Origin: Podarcis tiliguerta
Lineage: Eukaryota
Length of the DNA: 64,000 nucleotides
Reading direction: 5' to 3' (one strand)
Assembly: GCA_965153285.1 (NCBI GenBank)
Contig: OZ229123.1
The notes under the pieces were generated by a model that saw only the letters and a program-made list of their open reading frames with translations, was not told the origin of the DNA and ran no database searches. Numbering within the stretch: position 1 is the first letter of the stretch; the number at the start of each line of letters is the position of its first letter. Both the position numbers and the translations under genes were made by a program. Positions 38,375 through 49,817 of the stretch are shown piece after piece.

Positions 38375-40170
38375 TATATGGACTATTGAAATTGGAGTTG
38401 AAAAATACATCTTGCGCCTTCAATTTTCAAATTAGCTTACACTGTAATAAGAATTAGCAGCTCTCTCACATGTATTGCCCCCTCCCAAAAAAACCCCCTG
38501 CAGAATTATTCATAGGTGGAACGTGCTAGGATTCCATTTTTATAGCAAGGATACTTCCAACAGTATGTAATTCTTAAGTGCAAAGCACTTGTTTCCAAAT
38601 GCCTTAATATACAATCTACATACCATATAATTGCACACAAATACATTTTGCTGGTTGAACATGCTGCGTACAAATCCTAGAATCCATGACCAATCACAGT
38701 TTCTCAAGAGTGAAACACATACATTTGTTCTGATGGGAATTAGCATGTTACCACAATATAAACAGTCACACTTTTAAATAAACACACATTTTTCTATATG
38801 CACACTAGAGAGAGCTGATGTTCATCTTCTTCAGAAATAACTAAGAAACACATATAAATATGAGAAAGTTTGCAGTAAATAAATCAGTCTAGCCTCACTT
38901 AGTAATGGAATATTTAGTCTTTAGCACCATAATTGCACACTCAAAACCTGCCTGCCTAGGTAAATTTTCCTTGTTTCAACATTCAAAACCTGATGCGCAC
39001 ACTTCATTTTCCATTTCTTAATGCCATGTTGGCACCATCCTGTTCCATGCTGTACTGCCAAGAGCTTTACCATTTTAGCCTGGATCACAATATCGCTAAA
39101 TCTATAACTCTACTTCAGAGCCACATAAGCATGCTAAAACCAGAGAGACAATGCAAAAGATGGGCATTACAAAAAATCATAGTAGACCAATACCAATGGT
39201 CTACTATAATTGACTTTTTATTTTGTTCTGTGTATATCACCATGTTTTTTTGTTGCTATGGCCGACGGCTGACGCAAATAAAGTTTCATTCATTCATTCA
39301 ATGGGGCAAAGCCCCAAAATACGTTGTATTCAAGTCTTCCTTGCAGAATTAATCCACTACTGTTAACAGCAGCAATGGCAATAATAACTAATAGTACTGG
39401 AGACATCACCATATGTTTCCTGGCATTTATGCAACCTGTCATCAAATTCTTTATTGACAAAAATATACCACCAACGCCCAGCAAGATGCCAACCCTTCTG
39501 CAATGCTAGCAGAAGGATATCTTTTCATTTGAATAAAGCATGCTGTTTTTTGTTTCCCAGCTGTCTGTTACAAACCCCCAGACCACTCTGGAGCAAAGTA
39601 CCACAAATAGTGAAAGCACAGAGAGCCGTTTGTTGCTCTTTTGTGGACAGGTCATTTATCTGCCAAAGAGACAGAAGGCACAGCTGCTACTGTTCTAATC
39701 AGAACTCTATTAAAGCCTTGTGAGCCTGGATTATCCTTATAGGACTAACTGTGCCACATTCCCATATGAGGAGGTGTATCTGAATATAATACACTTAATA
39801 ATTTCCTGGAGAAAGAAAACATAACTACCTGCCTGCAAAGTGCTATCCAACTATTTTTACTACAAAATATAACTACCAAAACTTCATGCCTGTTCAAAAC
39901 CACCTCTCTCACTCTGAATTTTTATATCACTCGCTTTAATTTCTTCTTACTTACATTGTCCTCAGCAACAATCACAAGGAAACAATTTTACCACAAGTTA
40001 CTAAAATCAGGGTGCTACTTAACAGAACTGGGTCAAACGCCCACCATTTTAAGCAACTTTCATATGTATTTATTGGACACAGTTCTTCCTATTCCAAAGT
40101 CTTGAGGCAGGTAATAATATGCTTGAATCCATCACTGGCTACTAAAAACCAAATTAAATCCTCATACGGT

Positions 40171-40206
40171 TTTTCAGAATAAATACACTTTTCAGAATAA
40201 ATACAC
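40171..40206. repeat. Perfect 18-bp tandem duplication (TTTTCAGAATAAATACAC x2)
   Basis: Direct observation. Confidence 0.9.
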
Positions 40207-40239
40207 TAAAGCATTATTTTCCATAGAAACTCACTGAAT

Positions 40240-40750
40240 GTTATTTATTTATATTACTGTATAAAAATATTTATAACCCAACATTTACCAAACATCCCAT
40301 GTCAGAAATATATGCTGTTAAAAACAAAAATTAAAATAAAACAAAAACAATGTAAAACAAAGCACAGAATTCAGTTACAAATAAAACCACCAGCAGCAAC
40401 AGAAACTCAAATGGCTAATACACCTGAATCCCAAAAGGCTAGACAAAGAGGTGTCATCAGCTGCTGATGAAATGACATCGGTGTTGTAGTGAGACATACC
40501 TCAGAAGGGAAGTCATTTCAAAGGCAAGAGGCCACTGAAAAGAAAGCCCACTCATGGGTCCCTACCCCCTACTCCATAAATCTCATTAGGCCTGGGAGCC
40601 ACCAGCAGAGCTTTCCCTATGGGTCTTAAAACCCATGCAGGTTTGAATGGGAGGAGGCATTCTTTAAGTAAGTTGGGTCCTTAGACATTGAAGGGTAGCC
40701 AAGAAAACCCTTAATGTGTATCCTTACAGATTTTGATTTGGTGTCTATAT
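40240..40750 (-). mobile_element. Probable L2-like LINE 3' remnant
   Basis: Diverged similarity to squamate L2 3' ends (from memory); boundaries approximate. Confidence 0.4.
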
Positions 40751-40799
40751 AGTGCACTTGAGAGCATTTCCTGGTGGTCTTCAAAGTTATAGTGGCAGT

Positions 40800-41038
40800 C
40801 ATAGGAAGCTGCCCTACACCATGTTGGATCATTGGTTCATCTAGCTAAGCATTCAGACTAGTTAGTACCCATTCCCCAGGATTTTAGGTAGGAGTCTTTT
40901 TCCAGTCCTACATGGAGATGCCTGGGATTGAACTTGGGACCTTCTGCATGCGAAGCTGGTATTATTCCACTGAACTACAGTCCTTCCTGTAACCTTTTGC
41001 ATGCAAAACATGTGCTCTACCACTGAGCTGTGCAGCCT
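40800..41038 (-). mobile_element. Squam3-like SINE with a duplicated tRNA-like head
   Basis: Two successive ctcagtggtagagca...gcatgca.aagg heads before a single body. Confidence 0.7.
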
Positions 41039-42149
41039 TTCTATTAGACATGCAGGGCACCTTAAACTGAGTACTAGCTTATGTGAGCTCATATTCCACC
41101 ATACCCAGCAGCTCACAGTATGTAAGTGTGAGTAGGAAAACTATTACTTATTCACTGATTGATAGTCACATGACACATGAGTACAAGTCCCAGCCCAGAG
41201 GGTTCCAATCAGATATCGGAAGCAACATAAAAGGGAAAAAAATCACAATAAAAAAGAGGTAGCATGAAAATGTAGAAACCAACCATAAAATGTCTGACAG
41301 AATAAAGATATTTCCAACACCCATCTAAAAACAGGAAGAAATAGAATACAGCACAGGAAATAGAATTCAGCTATGTATAATTTTAAAAGATAATATAATG
41401 CCAAAGTCTGAAAGTATTGGTGACCACTAGACAGACTGAAAACAAACATTTAAGAAGTTTTAATCCTAAATTCAGGCAGGCCATACCTTTATCAGAACCT
41501 CCCAAGACAAGGAACAAACTTCCAAATGCTCCATAAGTTTTCTTCAGACTAGATGAGAAAGTAAAAGTAGGCGGAGTGGAGGGGAAAGGAAGGAGGGGGG
41601 AAATTCACTTCAAAAAATGGTTACATTCATACTCTGTCCTCCAAGCAGTGAAGGCTGCTGACATGGTCCTCTCCTCCCATTTTATCTGAACAGCCACCCT
41701 TTAAGGTAGGTTAGGCTGAGAGGGAGGAACTGGCTCAAGGACACACATTTAAGTTAATAGCTGGATGGGGACTTGAACACCAGGTCTTAGTATGCTACCT
41801 TGAATGTAGCATACTATACATGTAGTAAGAAGATAACAACAACAAAACTATCAAGGTAGGTATTGTGACATTTTGTCGACATCTTGGTTTGCCCCATTAA
41901 AAGTATTACCTGGCTGCAGCTTTTGGAGCCTTCTTATGGAGCAGCAGGGGCTACTTTCTCTTTTTATTTTAATCCTAGAGGGGGAACCTGTGGTCCTTCA
42001 GACTGGTGTTGGATACCAACTCCCATCAGCCCTAATAAACCCTAACTTGCTAAATTACCTTAGGGATAGAGGTATTTTAGCAAGATGTGGAGGATCACAG
42101 GCTACCCACCCCTGCCCTAGCTGGAAGCTAATGCATTTTTATGTATTTG

Positions 42150-42350
42150 ATTTAATGTTCCATCTTTCATCCAAAGGAGCTCAAGGTGGCATACATAGTT
42201 TCCGCCCTCCATTTTATTCTCACAAACAGCCCTGTGAGGTAAGCCAGGCTAAGAGATGGCGATTTGCCCAAGGTCACCCAATGAGCTTCATGGCTGAGTG
42301 GAGATTTGAACTCTGGTCTGCCGGCCACTCTTAAGTACACCACCACAATG
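42150..42350 (-). mobile_element. MIR/CORE-like SINE
   Basis: Reverse complement of the 33965 family (cccaaggtcaccca.tgagcttcatggctgagtgg); an older copy lies at ~41630-41790. Confidence 0.7.
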
Positions 42351-42949
42351 GCTTGGGCAAGCAGTTAAGAAAATACCTTTTTGGAATTGTTCCTTTCAAA
42401 TTTTAAACTCATCTTTTATTGTATGTGCATGTATGTTTCACAAGGCCTTTGGCTCTTAATTATCTGCAGCCTCCAGTGGGTGGAATGATTTAAATCTGCC
42501 TTTTGAAAACGGATTTATCCTTGTTCGTTCCCTTTATTTTATGCCTGTTTCAATGGACGTGTTTGTTGTAAGCTACTTTGGTTTTTAAAAAAGCAACCAG
42601 TAAATTGTATGGTGTGTAAATTGTTGTAAATCTGATTCCCCCCCCCCAAAAAAATGAATCATTGAGTAGAAGGGGTTCCAAGGGTCATCTAGTCCAACCC
42701 TCTGCAATGCAATAATTCGTTTTGGGTTTTGTTTCAGAATAGCAGCATGCAACTATTTGTTCATATAAAAGGGGAGCGGAAAGGAAGGAGGGGAGGGAGA
42801 ATGAAGCCACCAGATATTTCTCCCTCCCCGCCTTTCTCTCGATTTGCTTGTGTAACCTTGGGGGGGGGGTTTAAAGAGCCCCCACCCCATATTATTGAGG
42901 GGGGGGAGAAGCGAGGGTGTTGGGTGGGGGCCTCCGAACAATCCTCGCG

Positions 42950-43830
42950 CTAAACTGGGGGGGGGGGATTTCCCCTCCTCAACCTCCACAACATAAAAAC
43001 GGAGGGTGCGGTGGCGGTTGTGGTGAAGAAACCGAGAAACTCCAAAGCGAAGGAAGGCGGCGGCGGCTGCGGCAAGCAATAAATCTCGCTGAGAAACCGA
43101 GAGGGCCGGGTTAACATAATACCGCCGCCTGCTCTTTTCCCTTTCGTGTATTCCCGGGCTAGAGAGAAAGTGAAGGAAAAGGAAAAGAGAAGAGAAGCAA
43201 GAAGCAACAGAAACGGAGTCCACCAGGCGCCTCGGCCGCAGCGCGCGCTCTGTCTCTCAGCGCGACCGTTAGTTACCTGACGAGAGGCACGCGCACGCGC
43301 CCTGGGAGGACGCCGCTTCTGGGTGCAGGGTCGGCGCACCTGAGGAAGGTGACGAGGATCTCGCGCTACTTTACGGGAGCAGCGCCGCTACGCATCCGTT
43401 TCTCGCCCGCCCTTCCCCCCTCAGCCTCGCTTGACTGAGGGGAGCTGGGCGGGAGGCGTCGGCGGACTCGCCGCTTCCCTGAGAGGCCTCCAGAATTTCT
43501 CTCTCTCTCTCGGCTCCTCATGCCCCGCCCCGCCCCCTTCGGCCGCGGGCAACGGTTCATTTTCGAAAATGGCGGCAACCGCAGGAATGGGCTGGGCTGC
43601 GGGAAGCCACGCCCACCTCCCCTCTTCCACATGGAGGCGGTTGGTCAGGGTGGGAGAAGCGCTCTCTGCACATGCTCGGTGGGAAAACGGATATTTCTCC
43701 TCAGTCGGTGCTTTTCCCGTTTCCTTCCTTTCTGGGTGTGCCTAAACAGCGCCTCCAGCTCCGAAGCAGGGATTGCCCCGCGTCAGAGGCGTAGGAATGT
43801 CAGGTGGTACCAGGTGCGGAAAATTTCTTG
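42950..43830. promoter_or_regulatory. CpG island / SUN1 promoter, with candidate non-coding first exon ending at donor 43277 (CAG|gtaact, minus strand)
   Basis: Strong local GC and CpG enrichment; tandem GC boxes at 43522-43537; YY1-like AAAATGGCGGC at 43566-43576; lies upstream of the SUN1 ATG exon and downstream of the DNAAF5 3' end. Confidence 0.8.
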
Positions 43831-43900
43831 CCACCCCCCACACATTTATTTTTTTTGCCAGAAAAAATGGTTTTATGTTATTTCATATTTTCTTAAAAAG

Positions 43901-43902
<2 letters not shown>

Positions 43903-43938
<36 letters not shown>
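43903..43938. repeat. (AAT)n microsatellite next to the CpG island
   Basis: Direct observation. Confidence 0.9.
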
Positions 43939-43940
<2 letters not shown>

Positions 43941-44518
43941 CTTTTATTTATATCAGGGCAGCTAACATCAGATACATAACATTGGTATAAAATCAAACAA
44001 TTAAATTACCTCCTAAAAACATGTCAGAATCAAATTAAAGTCTAATTAGATGGCTTTCCGCAAGGTTGGGGTTGGGAGTGCTCCAATGAATTGAAATTTC
44101 AGCCTTCACAACATAGGAAAAGGGCCAAATAAACAGCTATTTTCGTGGAGGAGGATCAAAATATTAACTGATATGCATGAAATTTCATATATAGCTGTAT
44201 AATCCCTAGTGTAGTAAACTAAGACCTTTGGAGCAGGCATTTTCTTTAAAAAAAAGGTTTTTATGAACAACCCTAGTAGGGCAGTAATTGTTTCTTGATA
44301 ATTTATCACCCCCTCCGTGATGGAACCTGGGGTGACCTGCCCCCCCCTGCCCCACACAGTACACAAGGGGGGGCACTAAGTAACAAATAAAATATGGAAA
44401 GTGAAAACAGCAAAAAAATTAATCTGAAAAATACCTGTTGAGGATAAAGCGAAGCCCACGAGGGTGGAGTACCTCTGGGTATCCTTGCACTACAGTGACC
44501 TAATTAATCCCTTAAGAC

Positions 44519-44640
44519 TCAGCCTTTCTCAACCTGTGGGTCCCCAGATGTTGTTGAACTACAACTCCCATCACCCCTAACTAGCAAGGCCAGAGCTCAG
44601 GGATGATGGGAGCTGGAGTCCAACAACATCTGGGAGCCTT
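44519..44640. mobile_element. Palindromic hAT-type MITE (related degraded copies near 41975, 48742, 60855)
   Basis: ccagatgttgttg...ctcccatc / gatgggag...caacaacatctgg inverted arms. Confidence 0.65.
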
Positions 44641-46624
44641 TAGATTGCATTTGTTCCAAGGGTTGGTTTTTGTTTTGTTTTTCAGCCTGTTCTTCAGCTG
44701 GGAAAAAATAAGAGAGATTTGCAGTTTACAAAGATAGTCCTTGACCTTCAGTTTACAATTCTAAAAAGATGAAGACACAAAATGAAAGAGGAACTGGGAG
44801 AGAGGAGGGGGAGAAGGCAAACTTGGATGCACTGGATCTGAGTTGGCAACAGTTCCTGCAACAACCTGCTAAAATGGACTACTGTAGTTGAAGGCTGGGA
44901 AGAGCGAGAAGTTTCTGGTGTTTCAGTTGAGCCAAGTGCCATATCTCCCTAGGGTACAGGACTCCTTAACATCCTTTAGGCAGAGTATATACTATTCACT
45001 GTAAACTTGGCTAATATGCCCAAGCAGGGAGCACCCTCCAATTGTTATGGAATGCTTCTGGCATCTTTATTTAAGCCGCTCCTTTATAATTGTTTTGAAT
45101 CTTGTTTTTGTTCTTTTCTTCTGTGTTTGTTTCTGTATGTAGCTTGTGAGGACAATGCCCTAAAAGGCAGCCTAAAATAGAAACAAAATAACTAGGAGCG
45201 AAAGGTGAGGCACAAAGGAGTTTATAAATTAAACCCATTTTATTAAATGGCTATTGCGCCCTTTGAAAATATGTTTGCTAGTGGGGCTCAACAATAAATA
45301 CATACCCGCACACAATGATATGGTGAGGTCTGCCTAGCCCCATTGTGGACATCTCTTTGGTGCCATGCAAATGCATCTCCCCTGCCCATGCCTCCTGATA
45401 GTGAAGATGGTATTTAGTTACCTCATCACTCATCCCTTGCTTCAGATAATTTAGAAGGTAAATACAGCTTCTGGGTTACTTATTTCCATCAACTGTGAAC
45501 ATTATGTCTTCCCTCTCTTTAACCAGCTTCATATCCACAACAGGCCACATGCCCTTGCCTCATGAATGCTGTTTGCTCAGGAGCCTTCAGTGAAGGATTT
45601 TGCTGAACATTTTTTAAGACTGTAGTCAATTACTTACAGAGAGAGAAATAACAAAAAACCTACCCTATCCTTGGACACCAAAAGAGAGAGCTCCTGGATA
45701 CACAGACTCAACACCCCAACACCCCATTGTCTTATCTTAGAGGATAATGCACAATCATTAATCAATGCCTTGAATTGTTTAAAACTTATTTTGTACTTAT
45801 ATAGTAGGTGCCACCTTCTTTTCTCCACTATTTTTAGACTTTGGCTCCTGTGTCTGGTTTGAAATCTAGCTGTGTCATTGACAAAGGCAGAAGCTAATAT
45901 ATTTAACTGTAGAATGTTAAGCCTCTTTTCTGTTTTGCCAGTCACTTGACTTATACGTACACACACACACAAAATATGGACACATGTGGTGTATTTTATG
46001 ATAAAGTATCAAAAAACCAAATGACACACATTAACCATGTCATCAAAACTGGGCACTGTAAGCTAACATGAGAGATCAGTTATTTGCAATGGGAGTTCAG
46101 TTACTTGCAGCCCAACCAATAAAGAAAAAACAGTGGTTCATTTAATAAAGCACTTCGACATGGAACAAAAGAAAAATTGCAACAAACCAAACTATAATGA
46201 ATATCCAGAGAGAAATGCAAATAATTTAATTATTATCTATAATTCATTCATTCCTTACCAAACCCCATCTATAGTTAAGACTCCCCAAATAACACACTCA
46301 TCACATAGTAATCCAAAGCAATATAATGATACATGCCCAGGATATTGGGTATTTATATTACCGGAAATGTGGTAACATAAATTTAAGTGAAAGGAGATTG
46401 GACTTTCCTGCTCTTCCCACAATGTATGCATGTTGTCATGGCCAGACACATCCAGTCTTAATTCAAATGAAGACAGCCACTCCTCCTTGCAGTGATGAGT
46501 GTCTAGGTCGGGGTCTAAATGCTTCACACTTGAGAGGTCCAATACCAATACTTTTAAAGAACTACCAAGGTCAAAAACAGATGTGAATTCTGCTGCTTGG
46601 TAAACCTTTAAATGTCTCCAGATC

Positions 46625-46921
46625 TTTATTTTGTGTCATAGAGATTTTGTGTCATACAGATCTTACAGTATGCGCAGTAACTTGTATAATACACAGCTGA
46701 GTAACACATTGTAACATCATTCAGTGGTTTAAAGTTTACTGCAGAGATGTTAGATGTGGGATTTGCAACAATATGAAAAACAATGTAACTCTTATTCACA
46801 CATTTGTCTTTTCAAGTTTTTTTTTCTGTTAAAAAAGTTAAAAATATTTTGCCTGTAGGAGTTTTTATTTATATCTGTGCATGAATGTCAGTACGTGGCA
46901 GCTGAAACTTCTCCATTTATT
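46625..46921 (-). promoter_or_regulatory. Candidate DNAAF5 polyadenylation signals (AATAAA on minus at ~46916, ~46864, ~46625)
   Basis: TTTATT hexamers on the plus strand downstream of the stop; which one is used is unknown. Confidence 0.45.
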
Positions 46922-46973
46922 GAAGTGTCAACATTGTATGGTACAAATGAGAAGTCACAGCCCACAAAAGCAT

Positions 46974-47119
46974 TTATGATTCTGAGTATCTCCAGCCCGT
47001 TGATTCAATGTGCAGCAGCAACTGATCACAGTAGGCTGGAGAGCGATGTTTGCGCACAACTGCTTCAATTTCTTTTGCCAAGCTATCTGGATAGAGAACA
47101 CCTCCTTCTTTCAAAATAT
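46974..47119 (-). CDS. DNAAF5: DNAAF5 last coding exon (DILKEGGVLYPDSL...KHRSPAYCDQLL...YSES*)
   Basis: tttgcag acceptor, KHRS..YC.QLL motif, TAA at 46974-46976. Confidence 0.94.
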
Positions 47120-48254
47120 CTGCAAAACACAAGTTTATATACAGTTACCAAAAAAAGCTTGTCCTTCACTTCCTACTGTTTGCCCAAAACACAGGAGCCT
47201 TCTTAGTTTAGAAAGCATGGATTTTTTTTCAGAAACAATATGAAGCTGATCATACCAAATATAAATAGAAAACTTTTAAAAGCACATGAACTTTTAAGTA
47301 TTTTCATTGTTTCTCCCTGTGTTGCAAAAATAACTCAAAATCCTCCTGGAGTTTTTTCAGGAAAAAAATGATGCCTCCATGGATTCATTTTTATTTTTAT
47401 GCAGCCGACACCATTACGAGCCCCATATACACACCAATGCAAATTTGAATATTTTGTGCAAAGGAGCTGCTTCCTCCACTGAAATGGAGGAAAGCCTTGC
47501 CGTATTAATGCATTGGCGCACCTGCAAGAAGAGCTCAGTGCAATTTGAGCCTAAAGTTGCATGCTTCAGTCACAGACACAGTGCTTGGTAAAACCTGTAG
47601 TCAGTGTCAAGCAAGTTAAAATGACATTTTGCACAGGTCTTAATAATATAAACTGATCATTTGGTGAGTAGATTATGAAAGACAAAGATTGCAAGCTTGG
47701 AAAAATTATTTTCTCAACAACAGTAATAAAACCTTCCACAACAATTGGTGAAGCTACTCCTAATACAGACAAGTCAAACAAATAAAAAGGGACATTAGTT
47801 TAGTCCATATCTACAAGGAAAGTGTAAACTCATATTTTATAGAGTTCTTCCCACCTACCTCATTAGCCAGACTAAGGCATCCATGTGTACATTTATTCAG
47901 AAATTACTTCTCATGGGATTTAGTATAAGCAGGACTCGTATATCTGTAGCTTTGGAAAGACAACCTCCTTCATCCCTTCCTCTCCAGTTCCTTCCAAGTC
48001 CTTTCCTTTGATACTTGCTGTCCTTGCAAACACCTTACCTTCTCAAAGCTTACCACCTTTCACACAGAACATGATTTCCCACAAGTATTTAAGATCCTTC
48101 ACATTGCCAGGGCACTCTCCTCCACCCAGAAAGATGAAGCAACCCTCTCTCTTTTCTGACCCTCATTTGGTGTCACAGCTACTACTGCCACAGAAAATAG
48201 GTGCTTAATCCAACTTTAAAATACATCAAAGCGGCAACTCATTCTAAGGCTTAC

Positions 48255-48446
48255 CTAAGACAGCAGACTGGATATTCTGGTCAGGGTCATCCAGGTGAAC
48301 CAACAGTTCTTGATACAGGAACTCAATGTTGGTTTTTAATAGGGCTTTCTTTTCGTCATTATTTATACATTTGAACCAGCTGAGCAAGGCATTGGCAGCT
48401 GCTAGTCGGACCTCATGCGATGAATCATCCAAACGCTTTAGGAGTT
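48255..48446 (-). CDS. DNAAF5: DNAAF5 penultimate exon (ELLKRLDDSSHEVRLAAA...LLVHLDDPDQNIQSAVL)
   Basis: AG/GT bounded, 192 nt, conserved ELLKRLDD and LLVHLDDP. Confidence 0.96.
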
Positions 48447-49669
48447 CTGAAAAATGATACAATACCACCAAAAGTTTACTATATGCACACTATGCCATAT
48501 TCAGTAACAAATGGAAATTATGTTGCAAAGAGATTGGGAACTTATTTTGTTCCTAAAATTTACACTCTGGCTGACTAGGATCTAGTAGTGTCTCTCTCTC
48601 TCTCACACACACCCCAATTAAAAACATTCTATACAAAAATTAATAATTACAATAAAATTAACACAATAAAGCAACATGAAAATGTCTTTATTTTCTTCAA
48701 TTGACTTCCTGAATAAAAACGAAAAGGTAAGGAGATTCTGTGCCAGGTATGGGAACCTGTTGTCCACCTCCAGGTTCCGTTAGACTCACATCCTCAACTG
48801 CTGGCCATGCTGCCTGTGGCTGATGAGAAACAGAGCTTAACAATATTTGAGGGGGCACAGGTTTCCCAGTTGCTCCTCTTCATACTGATCTGTCCTTCCC
48901 AGCAAAACCACCATTGTGGCCTGTGGTTAGCAAATTACATTGCCCCCCCCCCCTTTCTTGGCTCAGTTATGTTCAAAAATATAGTCCAACAGAGTCATTG
49001 CTTTAAAGGGGCGCCTTCACATGTGTGAACCACTTGTTTCTGTTCTCCATACAAGTTTGCGCAGAGATCACGTTTTACACCATTTCAATCTGCAGGGGTC
49101 AGCAGCTGCTTTTGCAGATGCAGCAGCACTTGCTCCGACTCTCATCAAACTGCAAGTGGCTCAGGGCATAGCCACACAATGCAAAAACCTTGCTGGAGCT
49201 AATCAGCCCAGGCCTGGTCAGTGCCTATGGGAGAAAAACTATACAGGAACCCCACCTGTGCTACTTTCAGCTTCCCCAAAAGTAAGATGAGCCGTAAGAA
49301 ATCAGTGTTCTTGTGTCAGCTGTCATTATGTAAATTTGAAATTAGTTTTAACACTGTGGGTATTTACTTCATTTAAAAGAAACACACCATGTAAACTAGA
49401 TGGGCAAACTGTGACATGGGTGGCACAAGTAGCAGAGGCTAAGAGGGCCTCTTCACACCTGTACATGCTTATGGGTCTTTTTATGGTAACCAGTCAGGTC
49501 CACTCTCCACTCAGACTGTCTTGCACTCTCCTGCTCCACAGTTTAGCAGGCTAGAAGGTAAAACATAAGAAGGTGCAGGAGGATGCACCTGTACCTGCGA
49601 ACTTGAGGGGCATATTCTCAAACAAGAGAAGTCAGAAAGATTGGCCACCACCACCATCGGCTATCATAC

Positions 49670-49817
49670 CTGGATAAATTTTGCTGAGTTCAAATTGTTT
49701 TACGCAGCCGTCTAGAAAAATGCTGATTATTCGACAAGACATTAAGCGTGTCATTTTGGAATCTTCTTCCAGTGTGGCAACTATTTTGGGCATCAGCACA
49801 TCTTCAGCTTTCAGCAT
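49670..49817 (-). CDS. DNAAF5: DNAAF5 exon (MLKAEDVLMPKIVATLEEDSKMTRLMSCRII...KIYP)
   Basis: AG/GT bounded, 148 nt, LEEDSKMTRL.SCRII motif. Confidence 0.95.

Noticed and set aside
42729-43979. Many long ORFs on both strands
   Set aside because: Expected artefact of a GC-rich CpG island; low-complexity translations
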